64,000 nt of DNA from Chitinophagales bacterium (GCA_049610685.1 JBMYZU010000011.1:7353-71352), one strand, 5' to 3'; shown: positions 38,589-49,370, counted from the stretch's first letter. A program made the numbers and translations. Notes: generated by a model from the letters alone, not told the origin.

Positions 38589-40922
38589 TTACTTGCCTTT
38601 GCGACGTCCGCGTTTTGGCGGTGGAGCATTAGCAATAATGTCCTTGACCTCGTCTAACGTGAGCTTGGCAGGATCTGCATCTTTTGGAATCTTAAAATTC
38701 TTTTTACCCTGCTTTATGTATGGACCGTATCGGCCTTTTAAGACTTGAATTGCGCCGTCTTCAAACACTTGGATAAATCGCTCTTCATCTGCCTTTAGCT
38801 TAGCTGTAATGAGCTTTAATGCATCATCGAGCTGGATGGATCGTGCATCGAGACCACTGTCCTTAGGAATAGAGGCAAAGGTTCTATCCAATTGCACATA
38901 AGGACCAAATCGACCGATGTTCGCTTTAACTTCTTTTCCTTCTTGGGTAGTACCCAATACTCGTGGAAGTTCAAAGAGCTTCAGCGCCTCTTCTAAGGTG
39001 ATTGTCTCGAGGAATTGACCCTCCATTAACTTGGAGTAGCGCGGTTTCTTAGCCCCCTCTTCCTCCGAAGTCTCACCAATTTGTGCCATAGGACCATATC
39101 GTCCAATGCGCACCTTGACTACTTCGCCTGTTTCAGGATGCTCACCTAAGACCCGCTCCCCTACGGCTCGCTCCGCATTTTCAATCGTATCAACGACCAT
39201 TTCACGGAAAGGCTGATAGAATTCATCTAAGACTACATCCCAACCCAAATCGCCTAGAGCAACCTTATCAAACTGAGCTTCTAAGTCCGCAGTGAAAGAA
39301 AAGTCTACAATGGAAGAGAAATTCTGAACCAAAAAGTCATTCACCACCATACCTATATCTGTAGGGAAAAGCTTCATCTTCTCAGCACCCACCGTTTCAC
39401 TGCGGGTTTCGCTAGTAACATTACCCTTTTCCAATCGACAGTATCGATAATCGCGCGCAACACCTTCTCGGGATGTCTTCTCCGCATAATTTCGCTTTTG
39501 GATTGTGGTGATTGTAGGCGCATACGTAGAAGGTCGTCCAATACCCAGCTCTTCCAAATCCTTCACTAATGAAGGCTCTGTATACCGCGGTTTGGGCTTA
39601 GTGAAACGTTCAACAGCCTCCATATAGTTTAGGTCAAGCGACTGGCCTTCTGACAGGGGAGGCAACACATCTTTAAGATCATCATCTCCTTCATCATCCT
39701 TGGATTCCAAATAGACCTTTAAAAATCCGTCAAATACAATCATCTCAGCCTTTGCCTCCAAGGTTAGCTCACTTTGACTCAAACCAATAGTCATGGTCGT
39801 ACGCTCTAACTCGGCATCGGCCATCTGAGAAGCAATGGTGCGCTTGTAAATCAAGTCATATAGACGTGTTTCATCAAACTCAGCGTTTATACTCGTATTG
39901 CCAAAATTGGTTGGACGAATTGCCTCGTGGGCCTCTTGAGCAGAACTGTTTTTGGTAGAGAACTGACGTGGGTTGCTGTATTTATCTCCATACGTATTGC
40001 AAATAGTCGTCTGCGCATTGTTAATCGCCACTTGCGCTAGACTCTGCGAATCTGTACGCATATAGGTAATATGTCCTGCCTCATAAAGACGCTGTGCAAC
40101 GCTCATGGTGCGCGAAACGCTAAAACCAAGTTTACGTCCTGCCTCTTGTTGTAAGGTTGATGTAGTAAATGGAGGGGATGGACGCTTTTTGCCAGGCTTC
40201 TTGACAATCGAGTTTACAAAGTAATCTGATGCTTTGGCTTCTTCAAGGTATTGCAGGGCCTGACTTTCGTCTACCTTTTTCTTTGATGACGTGGCCTGTA
40301 AAACCCCTTGACCTTCTGAGGTTTCCACCGCAAACTCCGCCTTAATTTTAAACGAAGAGGTTGGCTCAAACTCCATAATCTCGCGCTCTCGTTCTACTAA
40401 AAGTCGAACCGCTACCGACTGGACTCGACCAGCGCTTAACGAGGGACGCACCTTCTTCCATAGAACGGGCGAGACTTCATATCCTACGATACGGTCAAGT
40501 ACTCTTCGCGCCTGCTGAGCATTAACAAGATCTAAATTGATTTTTCGAGGATTATCAATAGCGCGCTCAATGGCAGCCTTTGTTACCTCGGTGTAGGAAA
40601 TACGCTTAGCTTCCTTAGGATCAAGGCCTAATGCCTCACAGAGGTGCCAAGAAATGGCCTCACCTTCGCGATCTTCATCCGTTGCTAAATAGATCTCTTC
40701 AGCACTTTTTGCCAGTTTTCGTAACTCAGCAATGACTTTCTTCTTATCGTCACTCACCTCATATTTAGGTGCAAAATGCCTCTTGACATCAATGCCTAAA
40801 TCCTTCTTTGGTAAGTCCCGTACATGTCCATAGGACGAAGCAATCACATAATCGTTTCCCAAATACTTTTGAATCGTTTTGGCCTTCGACGGTGACTCAA
40901 CAATGACTAGACGTTTTCCCAT
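38589..40922 (-). CDS. topA: DNA topoisomerase I
   Basis: IVESPSKAKTI, ATDEDREGE, SAGRVQ, ITYMRTDS and GIGRPSTY motifs; GRYGP/GRFGP C-terminal repeats instead of zinc ribbons. Confidence 0.97.
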   Translation of the reverse strand: MGKRLVIVESPSKAKTIQKYLGNDYVIASSYGHVRDLPKKDLGIDVKRHFAPKYEVSDDKKKVIAELRKLAKSAEEIYLATDEDREGEAISWHLCEALGLDPKEAKRISYTEVTKAAIERAIDNPRKINLDLVNAQQARRVLDRIVGYEVSPVLWKKVRPSLSAGRVQSVAVRLLVEREREIMEFEPTSSFKIKAEFAVETSEGQGVLQATSSKKKVDESQALQYLEEAKASDYFVNSIVKKPGKKRPSPPFTTSTLQQEAGRKLGFSVSRTMSVAQRLYEAGHITYMRTDSQSLAQVAINNAQTTICNTYGDKYSNPRQFSTKNSSAQEAHEAIRPTNFGNTSINAEFDETRLYDLIYKRTIASQMADAELERTTMTIGLSQSELTLEAKAEMIVFDGFLKVYLESKDDEGDDDLKDVLPPLSEGQSLDLNYMEAVERFTKPKPRYTEPSLVKDLEELGIGRPSTYAPTITTIQKRNYAEKTSREGVARDYRYCRLEKGNVTSETRSETVGAEKMKLFPTDIGMVVNDFLVQNFSSIVDFSFTADLEAQFDKVALGDLGWDVVLDEFYQPFREMVVDTIENAERAVGERVLGEHPETGEVVKVRIGRYGPMAQIGETSEEEGAKKPRYSKLMEGQFLETITLEEALKLFELPRVLGTTQEGKEVKANIGRFGPYVQLDRTFASIPKDSGLDARSIQLDDALKLITAKLKADEERFIQVFEDGAIQVLKGRYGPYIKQGKKNFKIPKDADPAKLTLDEVKDIIANAPPPKRGRRKGK

Positions 40923-40979
40923 AATTACCACGCAAAAAAAGCGAATTTTTTAAATTCAAACTTCACAATACGAAAGCTT

Positions 40980-40987
40980 TACATTTG
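40980..40987 (+). promoter_or_regulatory. -7 promoter element TACATTTG for purB
   Basis: Exact TAnnTTTG match 7 nt before the ATG. Confidence 0.6.
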
Positions 40988-40994
40988 TGATACT

Positions 40995-42359
40995 ATGAAT
41001 TTACCCGTTCACAACCTCACTGCCATCACCCCCCTTGATGGTCGGTATGCTAATAAAACAAAGGACCTACAGCATTTTTTCTCGGAGTTCGCGCTGATAA
41101 AATATCGCGTCCATGTAGAAGTAGAATATTTAATTTATCTCGATATACTCTTTGGGTGGAAAACGGTCGATCACGACAAACTTCGAGAGCGAGTAAAGAA
41201 CTTCTCTGTAGAAGATGGGGAAGCAATCAAAGCAATCGAGCGGACGACTAATCACGACGTTAAAGCCGTAGAATATTGGATAAAAGAACTTCTTCGCGCT
41301 GATCAATACGATGCCAAGACGATTGAACATGTCCACTTCGGCCTTACCTCGCAAGACATTAATAACACCGCTATGCCTCTTATGGTGCGGGATGCGGAAC
41401 AACAAGTCATGCTTCCCGCCTTAGAAACTACAGTAGAAGCACTTAAGGACATCGCAAAATCCACCATGGATCAGGCCATGCTTGCGCTTACTCATGGTCA
41501 ACCGGCTAGCCCAACTACGCTCGGTAAAGAACTATTGGTCTTCGTCGATCGACTTGCTCACTGTATTAAGCAAATCAAACAACTCGAGCACTCTGGAAAA
41601 TTTGGAGGCGCCACAGGCAACTTTAATGCGCATACCGTGGCCTACCCTGCGATTCATTGGGCGGAAGAAGCGAATGCCTTTTATGGTATGTTGGGATTAC
41701 AACGTCAACAAGTAACCACACAGATCGAGCATTATGATGGTCTAGCGGCAAGACTTGATGCATGGAAACGGTGTGCAGTCGTCCTTGTTGATCTCTGTCG
41801 AGATATATGGTCGTATATCTCCATGAATGTCTTTACCCAAAAAGTGGTTAAAGGCGAAGTAGGCTCATCTGCCATGCCACACAAGGTTAATCCGATTGAT
41901 TTTGAGAATGCAGAAGGCAACTTACTCTTTGCCATGAGCCATTGTACCTTCTTTGGACAAAAATTACCGATATCAAGGCTACAACGTGACTTAACGGATT
42001 CTACGGTAACGCGAAACTTAGGTCTTCCTTTTGGACATATTCTCATAGCCTTGCTTTCCCTGCAAAAAGGTCTTGGCAAGCTTAAAGTCAATTCAGAAGC
42101 TATCCATGCCACCTTGGAAGAGAACTGGGCTGTTTTGGCTGAGGCTATCCAAACCATTTTGCGAAGAGAAGGCGTTGCAAATCCTTATGAGATGCTTAAG
42201 GCGCTCACAAGAACGGGTGAAGGAATTAACCAGCAAACGATTAAAGACTTTATTGAAGAACTCGACGTATCGGATTCGGTAAAAGATGAGTTAAGAGCCC
42301 TAAGCCCACAAAACTATCTTGGCGATGCCGCTAGTGCATTCGATCGCCTCGAGGACTAA
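40995..42359 (+). CDS. purB: Adenylosuccinate lyase
   Basis: PLDGRY, TNHDVKAVEY, THGQPASPTT and GSSAMPHKVNPIDFENAEGN motifs. Confidence 0.97.
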   Translation: MNLPVHNLTAITPLDGRYANKTKDLQHFFSEFALIKYRVHVEVEYLIYLDILFGWKTVDHDKLRERVKNFSVEDGEAIKAIERTTNHDVKAVEYWIKELLRADQYDAKTIEHVHFGLTSQDINNTAMPLMVRDAEQQVMLPALETTVEALKDIAKSTMDQAMLALTHGQPASPTTLGKELLVFVDRLAHCIKQIKQLEHSGKFGGATGNFNAHTVAYPAIHWAEEANAFYGMLGLQRQQVTTQIEHYDGLAARLDAWKRCAVVLVDLCRDIWSYISMNVFTQKVVKGEVGSSAMPHKVNPIDFENAEGNLLFAMSHCTFFGQKLPISRLQRDLTDSTVTRNLGLPFGHILIALLSLQKGLGKLKVNSEAIHATLEENWAVLAEAIQTILRREGVANPYEMLKALTRTGEGINQQTIKDFIEELDVSDSVKDELRALSPQNYLGDAASAFDRLED

Positions 42360-42915
42360 GGTGTTGTAGAACCTCAGCTTCGTGATCAAGCCATGCTTGC
42401 CAGCGACCCATAACATATTCCCGGCTTTCTATGGTCAATGCTAGATCTAAAAAGAGTCGAAAATGTCCCGTTTCTGAAATCATAAGCGCCTTGTAGAAAC
42501 CGCGTAAGGCCTCATCGGATATATCTTTCGATAAGAGGCGAAACCGCTCAGCGCTTCGAGCCTCAATTAACCCTGCCATTAAAAGCTTTTCAATAAGGCG
42601 TTCATCACGACTCCCTCCCTTAGGTAGAAAGGCGATCAAGGCTTTTACGTACTCATCCTTTCGTTGAGGGCCAAGTGGAATGTTGCGTTTTTCAAGCTCA
42701 TCTAAGACCATTCTGAAGTGTCCCCACTCTTCGGTTACAATGGGTGCTAAGGCCTTTACTACCTGTTCATAGTCAGGAAACTGCTGTATAATGGAAATAC
42801 AGGAAGAAGCTGCCTTTTGCTCACAATAGGCATGGTCTGTCAGAATCGCTCCGATATCCATGGCGGCCAAATTGACCCAACGGGGATCGGTCGGAAGTTT
42901 TAAACCTGCTATCAT
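42331..42915 (-). CDS. miaE: tRNA-(ms2io6A) hydroxylase MiaE-like diiron protein
   Basis: DHAYCEQKAAS, EEWGHF, IEARSAERF and SETGHF motifs. Start moved to ATG 42915. Confidence 0.88.
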   Translation of the reverse strand: MIAGLKLPTDPRWVNLAAMDIGAILTDHAYCEQKAASSCISIIQQFPDYEQVVKALAPIVTEEWGHFRMVLDELEKRNIPLGPQRKDEYVKALIAFLPKGGSRDERLIEKLLMAGLIEARSAERFRLLSKDISDEALRGFYKALMISETGHFRLFLDLALTIESREYVMGRWQAWLDHEAEVLQHLSPRGDRMH

Positions 42916-43034
42916 AGTACAAAGGTGCAATTCTTTGCCTAAAACACCATTGTTACTTCTATCATAATTGACCATAATCAACATATGACAATAAGCTTGC
43001 AACGGAATGCTGTGAAGTGATGTTTATCTCTTTG

Positions 43035-43042
43035 TACTTTTG
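43035..43042 (+). promoter_or_regulatory. -7 promoter element TACTTTTG for lipA (4 nt before ATG)
   Basis: Exact TAnnTTTG match. Confidence 0.6.
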
Positions 43043-43046
43043 AACT

Positions 43047-43964
43047 ATGGCCAACGGAATTTCTACCTCATCCACGTCGACATCATCCAATATGTCCTCT
43101 AGCGCTAAGGCAAAACAACGTCCTGGGAGAAAGCCCGATTGGCTAAAAGTTCGCCTGCCCTCAGGACAGCAATCAAGCGAAGTCTTTAAAAATGTAAAGG
43201 ACAACGCCCTGCATACCATTTGCCAAAGCGGTAATTGTCCCAATCAAGCGGAATGCTGGGGAGAAGGAACGGCCACCTTGATGATTTTAGGAAATGTCTG
43301 TACCCGATCTTGCCGGTTCTGCAATGTAGTCACCGGAAAGCCCGAAGATGTCGATATTCTAGAGCCACGTCGTGTAGCGGAATCTGTGAAGCAAATGGGA
43401 CTAAAGCATGTGGTCATCACTTCGGTTGATCGCGATGACCTTATCGACGGGGGATCAAGCATATGGATGGCTACCGTCAAGATGATTCGACGATTGAATC
43501 CAGGGATTACCATGGAAACCTTAATTCCAGACTTCCAAGGAAAGACAGAACAATTGGATAAAATTGTACAAGCCAATCCGGAGGTAGTAAGCCATAACCT
43601 TGAGACGGTTGAACGTTTAAGCCGTGAAGTACGTGTCCAAGCACGCTATGACCGAAGCCTAGAGGTATTGGATTATCTGAAAAAATCAGGCATTCGTCGA
43701 ACGAAAAGCGGGGTTATGCTTGGGCTTGGAGAAACAGAGGCTGAGATTCTTCAAACCATGGATGATTTGCGTGCTGTGGATTGCGATGTGTTGACCCTTG
43801 GGCAATATCTACAACCCACAAAAAAGCATCTCCCTGTTGCTGACTTCATTACACCTGCCACCTTTGAACGATATAAGGAAATTGGCATAGAAAAGGGATT
43901 TAAGTTTGTAGAGAGCGGCCCGCTCGTTCGCTCCTCCTACCATGCTGAACGGCACGTAGGATAA
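43047..43964 (+). CDS. lipA: Lipoyl synthase
   Basis: [20 protein letters not shown] and VRSSYHA motifs. Confidence 0.97.
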   Translation: MANGISTSSTSTSSNMSSSAKAKQRPGRKPDWLKVRLPSGQQSSEVFKNVKDNALHTICQSGNCPNQAECWGEGTATLMILGNVCTRSCRFCNVVTGKPEDVDILEPRRVAESVKQMGLKHVVITSVDRDDLIDGGSSIWMATVKMIRRLNPGITMETLIPDFQGKTEQLDKIVQANPEVVSHNLETVERLSREVRVQARYDRSLEVLDYLKKSGIRRTKSGVMLGLGETEAEILQTMDDLRAVDCDVLTLGQYLQPTKKHLPVADFITPATFERYKEIGIEKGFKFVESGPLVRSSYHAERHVG

Positions 43965-43978
43965 AATTTGCCAATATT

Positions 43979-44851
43979 TTAACCAAAAATGGCTTTCGCA
44001 CTGCGCATGGCCGATGCGAATTTTTCAATGCTAAACTTCTTGGATAACACCCGCGTTCCGAAGTAATTGATAAACTGTTCGGTAGGCATATTCCCAATCA
44101 ATTCGTCTTTCGCCATAGGACATCCGCCATACCCAAGAATAGCGCAGTCAAAACGACGAACGCCGAGATCATAGGCCATATCTAATTTTAGCCTCCAGTT
44201 ATAGGGTGCAGTATGTAAGTGCGCGCCAACTTCATATTGATCAAACTCTTTCATGACTGGAGTATAGAGCACTTCAATGGCACGTTCATCGGCTAAGCCC
44301 ACTGTATCAGATGGCATAAAATGCCTTACCCCCACTTGGGCAAGCTTTTCCATCCAATGCATCACCATATCAACGTCATAGGCTTCATTATAGGGATTAC
44401 CAAAAGCCATGGAGAGGTAGATAATAAGGTTCTTGCCGTGCTTTTCTGTTTCCTCAACAATTGAACGCACGACATCTAAAGAATCTTCGATCGATGCGTT
44501 GGCATTGCGTTGCTGAAAGGTCTCTGACACACTAAACGGAAAACCTACGGAGTCTATCATTGGCATGGCACAAGCTTCCTGTGCTCCGCGCAGATTCGCC
44601 ACAATTACAATAAACTCTGATTGCTTTTTTGATAAATCCAACCCCTCCAACACCTCACGGGTATCGGCCATTTGTGGAATGGCCTTGTGCGAAACAAAGC
44701 TCCCAATATCAATGGCATTAAAGCCTACTTCGAGCAATTTATTGTAGTAGGCAATCTTTGTTTCCGTCGATACCAAGCCTTTCATACCCTGTATGGCATC
44801 CCTTGGACATTCTGTTAACCAAATTTCTGGTAACCTTTTCTGTTCCGACAT
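43979..44851 (-). CDS. Hydroxymethylglutaryl-CoA lyase
   Basis: ECPRDAIQG, SFVSHKAIPQMAD, HLH and GYGGCP motifs. Confidence 0.92.
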   Translation of the reverse strand: MSEQKRLPEIWLTECPRDAIQGMKGLVSTETKIAYYNKLLEVGFNAIDIGSFVSHKAIPQMADTREVLEGLDLSKKQSEFIVIVANLRGAQEACAMPMIDSVGFPFSVSETFQQRNANASIEDSLDVVRSIVEETEKHGKNLIIYLSMAFGNPYNEAYDVDMVMHWMEKLAQVGVRHFMPSDTVGLADERAIEVLYTPVMKEFDQYEVGAHLHTAPYNWRLKLDMAYDLGVRRFDCAILGYGGCPMAKDELIGNMPTEQFINYFGTRVLSKKFSIEKFASAMRSAKAIFG

Positions 44852-44878
44852 GTTATAAATTTACGATATCTACGAGGT

Positions 44879-45676
44879 ATGAAGGAAAACACGGCCAATA
44901 CAGGATTAGAAGGACAATCATTACCACAATTGCTTGAAGGTATGCATGCAACCACCCTTGAGGTTTATCAAGCCATTGAGGAAGCCATGCCTCAAATCGA
45001 GGAAGTTTGTGAATTGGTGTTTAAAGCGCTTGAAGCCGGTGGACGGCTCTTTTACATTGGTGCTGGAACCTCAGGCCGTCTTGGCATTCTTGACGCCTCT
45101 GAATGTCCTCCCACCTTTGGATCAGATCCTGAACAAGTTGTAGGTCTTATCGCAGGTGGAGACCAAGCCATTCGCAATGCAGTGGAATTTGCTGAAGATG
45201 ATGAGGAGCAAGCCTACAAGGATCTCGTAGCTCAAAGAATACGAAAAGAAGATGTGGTTGTAGGGATAGCAGCTTCTGGCAATACACCCTATGTCGTTGG
45301 AGGACTTCGCGATGCCCAACAACATGGGATAGCGACGGCATGCATTACCTGCAATGCTCAGGGTAAGTTACTAGCTTATGCGGACAAGTCTATTGTTGCC
45401 CATACCGGTGAAGAATTTATTCATGGAAGTACTCGTTTAAAAGCTGGGACTGCTCAGAAACTGATTCTTAACATGATCACGACAACGACCTTTATTCGCC
45501 TCGGTCACGTACAAGGCCGATTTATGATTGACATGCAACTTGCTAATAACAAGCTTTGGAAACGAGGTATTGACTTTATTATGAAGCAGACAAGCCTCAA
45601 TGCGGAAGAGGCCCGTCATGCCTTGGAAAAGCACGGTAGCGTGCGGAAGGCCCTGGAAAACATACATAATGCATAA
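44879..45676 (+). CDS. murQ: N-acetylmuramic acid 6-phosphate etherase
   Basis: GAGTSGRLGILDASECPPTF, AASGNTPY and GSTRLKAGTAQK motifs. Confidence 0.95.
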   Translation: MKENTANTGLEGQSLPQLLEGMHATTLEVYQAIEEAMPQIEEVCELVFKALEAGGRLFYIGAGTSGRLGILDASECPPTFGSDPEQVVGLIAGGDQAIRNAVEFAEDDEEQAYKDLVAQRIRKEDVVVGIAASGNTPYVVGGLRDAQQHGIATACITCNAQGKLLAYADKSIVAHTGEEFIHGSTRLKAGTAQKLILNMITTTTFIRLGHVQGRFMIDMQLANNKLWKRGIDFIMKQTSLNAEEARHALEKHGSVRKALENIHNA

Positions 45677-46226
45677 CATAGAACCCTTTTACGGTTGGAG
45701 GGATCGATACATTGTTGAAGAAGACGAACGCTCCCCTTTCTTTGGTCATCAACACAACGAGTTTGCCTATGATCAAAAGATTTACAATTACTATGTGCAT
45801 CCCCAATGGAATAACTTCGGTTCAAACACCTTGCTCTTAAAATGCCTATACACGGACTATGAATTCGGCTACACCATAATTGAATTCATCGGAGAGTGGA
45901 ATGACTTTTTGCACAACGATATCGAAATGTTGATTCGAAGCATTGTCAATCCATTAATTGCTCAAGGGGTCTTTCGATTTATTCTTATCGGGGAAAATAT
46001 CTTGACCTTTCATGGAGAGACCACCGATTATTATGAAGAATGGCAAGAACTTGCGTCTGAATCGGGTGGCTTTGCAACCCTAATAAACCTGCAAGATCAT
46101 GTTCGTAACGAAATGAAAGATATCGGCATAGACCAATGCCTTCGACTCGATGGTCAAGTGTTGGATTGGAGGAAATACCCTCCAGAATTTTTATTGCGTG
46201 CTTGCATACAAGAAGCCCTCGAATAA
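45669..46226 (+). CDS. Conserved hypothetical protein
   Basis: MHNIEPFYGW..SPFF..IYNYYVHPQW..GEWND; start overlaps the murQ stop. Confidence 0.75.
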   Translation: MHNIEPFYGWRDRYIVEEDERSPFFGHQHNEFAYDQKIYNYYVHPQWNNFGSNTLLLKCLYTDYEFGYTIIEFIGEWNDFLHNDIEMLIRSIVNPLIAQGVFRFILIGENILTFHGETTDYYEEWQELASESGGFATLINLQDHVRNEMKDIGIDQCLRLDGQVLDWRKYPPEFLLRACIQEALE

Positions 46227-46266
46227 ACGTTTTTTGTTTAACTACGTATAACACTATCTTTACTGC

Positions 46267-47160
46267 GTGTCGCGATACAATCACATAGCGGAAGGACTGC
46301 CTGATTTTCTTGTTGTCGGAGCTGAACAAGCCGGAGGGCAATGGATTAAGAAATTTCTCGAAGAGCATCCCGATGTGTACCTGCCCTCAAGGAATTTAGG
46401 GTACTTTGTCTACACGGAACGAGACAATGGCTACCATCCCAATCAGAAGGAGGACGGACTTGTGCGCGATCTAGGAGATTACAAGTTTGCATACTCTCAC
46501 GCCCAACCCAATCATTTACGTGGAGAATACGCCACAATCTATATGTATGACTGGATGTCAGCCATTCGCAATATTAAGCAGGCCTATGGTGCGAATTACC
46601 GAATGGTAAAAATCATTATAGCCCTAAGAAATCCGGTACATCGTGCCCTTGCCCACTATCAAGATCAGGTTGAGCAAGGCATTGAAGATTTACCACTATC
46701 TGAAGCACTTTATCCCGATACCATTATCACGAGATTAAACAATTACGACTCAGACTTCTTCGACTACCTTGGCTTTAGTTTCTATGCTGATGCCATTACG
46801 GCCTATCGAAATACGTTTGAAAACGTCCATTTCTTTTGGTATGATGAAATGATCGAAGATGAAGAGCGGGTTTTTCGTTCACTATGCCAATTCCTTCGAT
46901 TGGACTCAGAAGCTATCCAGTTACGCAAACGAATAAGTCAAAGTATGGCAGCGGAGGTGAAACCCAATCCTTTCACGAGTTTCTTTGGCAACCGGCCTAA
47001 GCCTCTTTTTGATGGGGTTTGGATAAAAGAAAAAAACATTCCTCCGATTTCTGAAGAGTTTAGTCATAAACTTTACGGGACCTTTATCGAGGACGTTGAG
47101 CGCGTAAAACATACGCTCTTGAAAAATGTCGACCATTGGAAAGGCCCTTATCTAAACTAA
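46267..47160 (+). CDS. Sulfotransferase-fold protein with degenerate PAPS motifs
   Basis: PDFLVVGAEQAGG..HPDV, KIIIALRNPVHRALAHY and FRSLCQFL motifs. Confidence 0.75.
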   Translation: MSRYNHIAEGLPDFLVVGAEQAGGQWIKKFLEEHPDVYLPSRNLGYFVYTERDNGYHPNQKEDGLVRDLGDYKFAYSHAQPNHLRGEYATIYMYDWMSAIRNIKQAYGANYRMVKIIIALRNPVHRALAHYQDQVEQGIEDLPLSEALYPDTIITRLNNYDSDFFDYLGFSFYADAITAYRNTFENVHFFWYDEMIEDEERVFRSLCQFLRLDSEAIQLRKRISQSMAAEVKPNPFTSFFGNRPKPLFDGVWIKEKNIPPISEEFSHKLYGTFIEDVERVKHTLLKNVDHWKGPYLN

Positions 47161-47161
47161 C

Positions 47162-48100
47162 ATGAATCCAATACGACGTATTGTTTTTATGGGTAGCCCA
47201 GATTTCGCTATTCCAGCATTGCAAGATTTACATAATTCATCCTATGACGTAGTTGGAGTCATTACCGCTCCGGATAAACCCAGTGGTCGGGGGCAAAAAA
47301 TACAATCAACTGCCGTAAAGCTTGAGGCCGAAAAGCTTGGAATCCCCGTATTGCAGCCAAGAAACCTAAAGGATCCTGGATTTCAAGAGGAACTGCGCAA
47401 TCTGAACGCAGATATTCAAGTAGTCATTGCCTTTCGTATGCTTCCCGAATCCGTGTGGAATATGCCTCCATACGGATCGATTAATCTTCATGCCTCCCTT
47501 CTACCCGATTTACGCGGTGCAGCTCCCATTCATTGGGCTATAATCAATGGGTACAACAAAACAGGACTCACCACCTTTCAATTGCAGCATGCCATCGACA
47601 CAGGACCTATTCTCAGGCAAGAAACGATTGATATTGATGAGAATATGACCACTGGCGAGTTATACAATACCATGCGCCATATGGGTGGCAAGATGGTTCT
47701 TGATTCACTGGCCATGATAGGTAGCGGGGCTGAACAAACACCACAAAGCTTAACTGGCAAGGAATTAACAGCACCCAAGATTCAAAAGGAGGATGCCCGC
47801 ATCCAATGGGATCAAATCAATACCGTCGTACATAATCATATTCGAGGAATGCACCCATTCCCCTGTGCTTGGACTACCCTCAATGATAAACGACTTAAAA
47901 TCCATCGCGCGAACCTTACGAGTGCAGGGCATACCAACCTATTGCCCGGGGAGGCTGTAATTACAAAGGACAATCTCCTAATCGTAGGATGTCAACGTGG
48001 ATGTGTAGAGATTACTGAGCTTCAACTCGAGGGGAAAAAGCGAATGACCGCTACAGCCTTTAATCAAGGCCAAGGCGCTAAAAATATTCAGTTCATTTAG
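47162..48100 (+). CDS. fmt: Methionyl-tRNA formyltransferase
   Basis: FMGSPDFA, PDKPSGRG, INLHASLLP..RGAAPI and QLEGKKRM motifs. Confidence 0.96.
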   Translation: MNPIRRIVFMGSPDFAIPALQDLHNSSYDVVGVITAPDKPSGRGQKIQSTAVKLEAEKLGIPVLQPRNLKDPGFQEELRNLNADIQVVIAFRMLPESVWNMPPYGSINLHASLLPDLRGAAPIHWAIINGYNKTGLTTFQLQHAIDTGPILRQETIDIDENMTTGELYNTMRHMGGKMVLDSLAMIGSGAEQTPQSLTGKELTAPKIQKEDARIQWDQINTVVHNHIRGMHPFPCAWTTLNDKRLKIHRANLTSAGHTNLLPGEAVITKDNLLIVGCQRGCVEITELQLEGKKRMTATAFNQGQGAKNIQFI

Positions 48101-48123
48101 GGTTTACCGAGCGGTAAATCGAC

Positions 48124-48131
48124 TACCTTTG
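48124..48131 (+). promoter_or_regulatory. -7 promoter element TACCTTTG for the polyamine gene pair
   Basis: Exact TAnnTTTG match 15 nt before ATG 48147. Confidence 0.55.
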
Positions 48132-48146
48132 CAAAAAGATTTTTTG

Positions 48147-49358
48147 ATGAAAAAAGTAATGATCATTGGTGCGGGGGGTGTTGGGCAAGTGGTTGCCATG
48201 AAATGTGCCGAGCAAGTCAATCATTTTTCAGAGATTTTGTTAGCCAGCCGGACAAAGTCTAAATGCGATCAAATCCAAGAGAAAGTGCTCGCAAAATATC
48301 CTAACACTGCTATATCTACAGCTTCTCTTGATGCGGATATTGTAGAGGATACGATTGCCCTTATTGAGTCATTCAAACCCTTTCTCGTTATCAATGTTGC
48401 ACTTCCCTACCAGGATCTAGCCATAATGGATGCCTGTCTGGCAACACAGACCCATTATTTAGACACAGCCAACTATGAACCCAAGGACGTAGCCAAGTTC
48501 GAATACAGCTGGCAGTGGGCCTATCACGAGCGCTTTAAAGAAGCGAATATTATGGCCCTATTGGGTTGTGGTTTTGATCCCGGACAAACCCAAATCTACA
48601 CAGCACATGCAGCCAAACATCATTTTGACGAGATTCACTTCTTAGATATTGTGGATTGCAATGGAGGGGACCATGGCAAGGCATTTGCCACCAACTTTAA
48701 CCCGGAGATTAACATACGTGAAATCACGCAACCTGGTCGATATTTCGAGGAAGGAAACTGGAAAGAAATTCCAGCAATGTCCGTCCACCAACCCATCTTT
48801 TACCCAAATATTGGAGAGCGTGAGTCCTATTTACTCTATCACGAGGAGCTTGAAAGCCTTGTAAAACATTTCCCAACTTTACGCAGAGCGCGTTTTTGGA
48901 TGACCTTTGGTCAAGAATACCTCACCCATCTCAGAGTGTTGGAGAATGTCGGGATGACTTCGATACAACCCGTTCAACATCAAGGACAGGACATCGTGCC
49001 GTTAGAATTCCTAAAAACATTACTCCCTGAGCCCTCTTCGCTCGGAGAAAACTACGAAGGAGAGACCTCTATTGGATGCTACATTTCAGGCATTAAGGAT
49101 GGACAAGCCAAGCATTATTACATCTGGAACAACTGTAAGCATCAAGATGCATACCGTGATACCTTGGGACAAGGCGTAAGCTATACCACGGGTGTACCGG
49201 CCACCTTAGGAGCAAGCCTTATGGCTGAAGGAACATGGATGCAAGCCGGTGTATGGAATTGCGAACAACTCAACCCAGACCCTTTTATGGCCGCTGTGGG
49301 ACAACTCGGTCTTCCATGGCAAGAAGAAGTTCTTGTTCAAACACCTTTCTTGGGGTAA
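48147..49358 (+). CDS. Carboxy(nor)spermidine dehydrogenase (saccharopine dehydrogenase family)
   Basis: IIGAGGVG, YLDTANYE, GCGFDPG, FATNFNPEINIRE and VSYTTGVPA motifs; adjacent to nspC. Confidence 0.92.
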   Translation: MKKVMIIGAGGVGQVVAMKCAEQVNHFSEILLASRTKSKCDQIQEKVLAKYPNTAISTASLDADIVEDTIALIESFKPFLVINVALPYQDLAIMDACLATQTHYLDTANYEPKDVAKFEYSWQWAYHERFKEANIMALLGCGFDPGQTQIYTAHAAKHHFDEIHFLDIVDCNGGDHGKAFATNFNPEINIREITQPGRYFEEGNWKEIPAMSVHQPIFYPNIGERESYLLYHEELESLVKHFPTLRRARFWMTFGQEYLTHLRVLENVGMTSIQPVQHQGQDIVPLEFLKTLLPEPSSLGENYEGETSIGCYISGIKDGQAKHYYIWNNCKHQDAYRDTLGQGVSYTTGVPATLGASLMAEGTWMQAGVWNCEQLNPDPFMAAVGQLGLPWQEEVLVQTPFLG

Positions 49359-49370
49359 TTATTGTTTCCC

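Noticed and set aside
42950..43000. CATAAT-like repeats between miaE and lipA as a regulator site
   Set aside because: Irregular spacing (10 and 9 bp) in AT-rich sequence; insufficient support.
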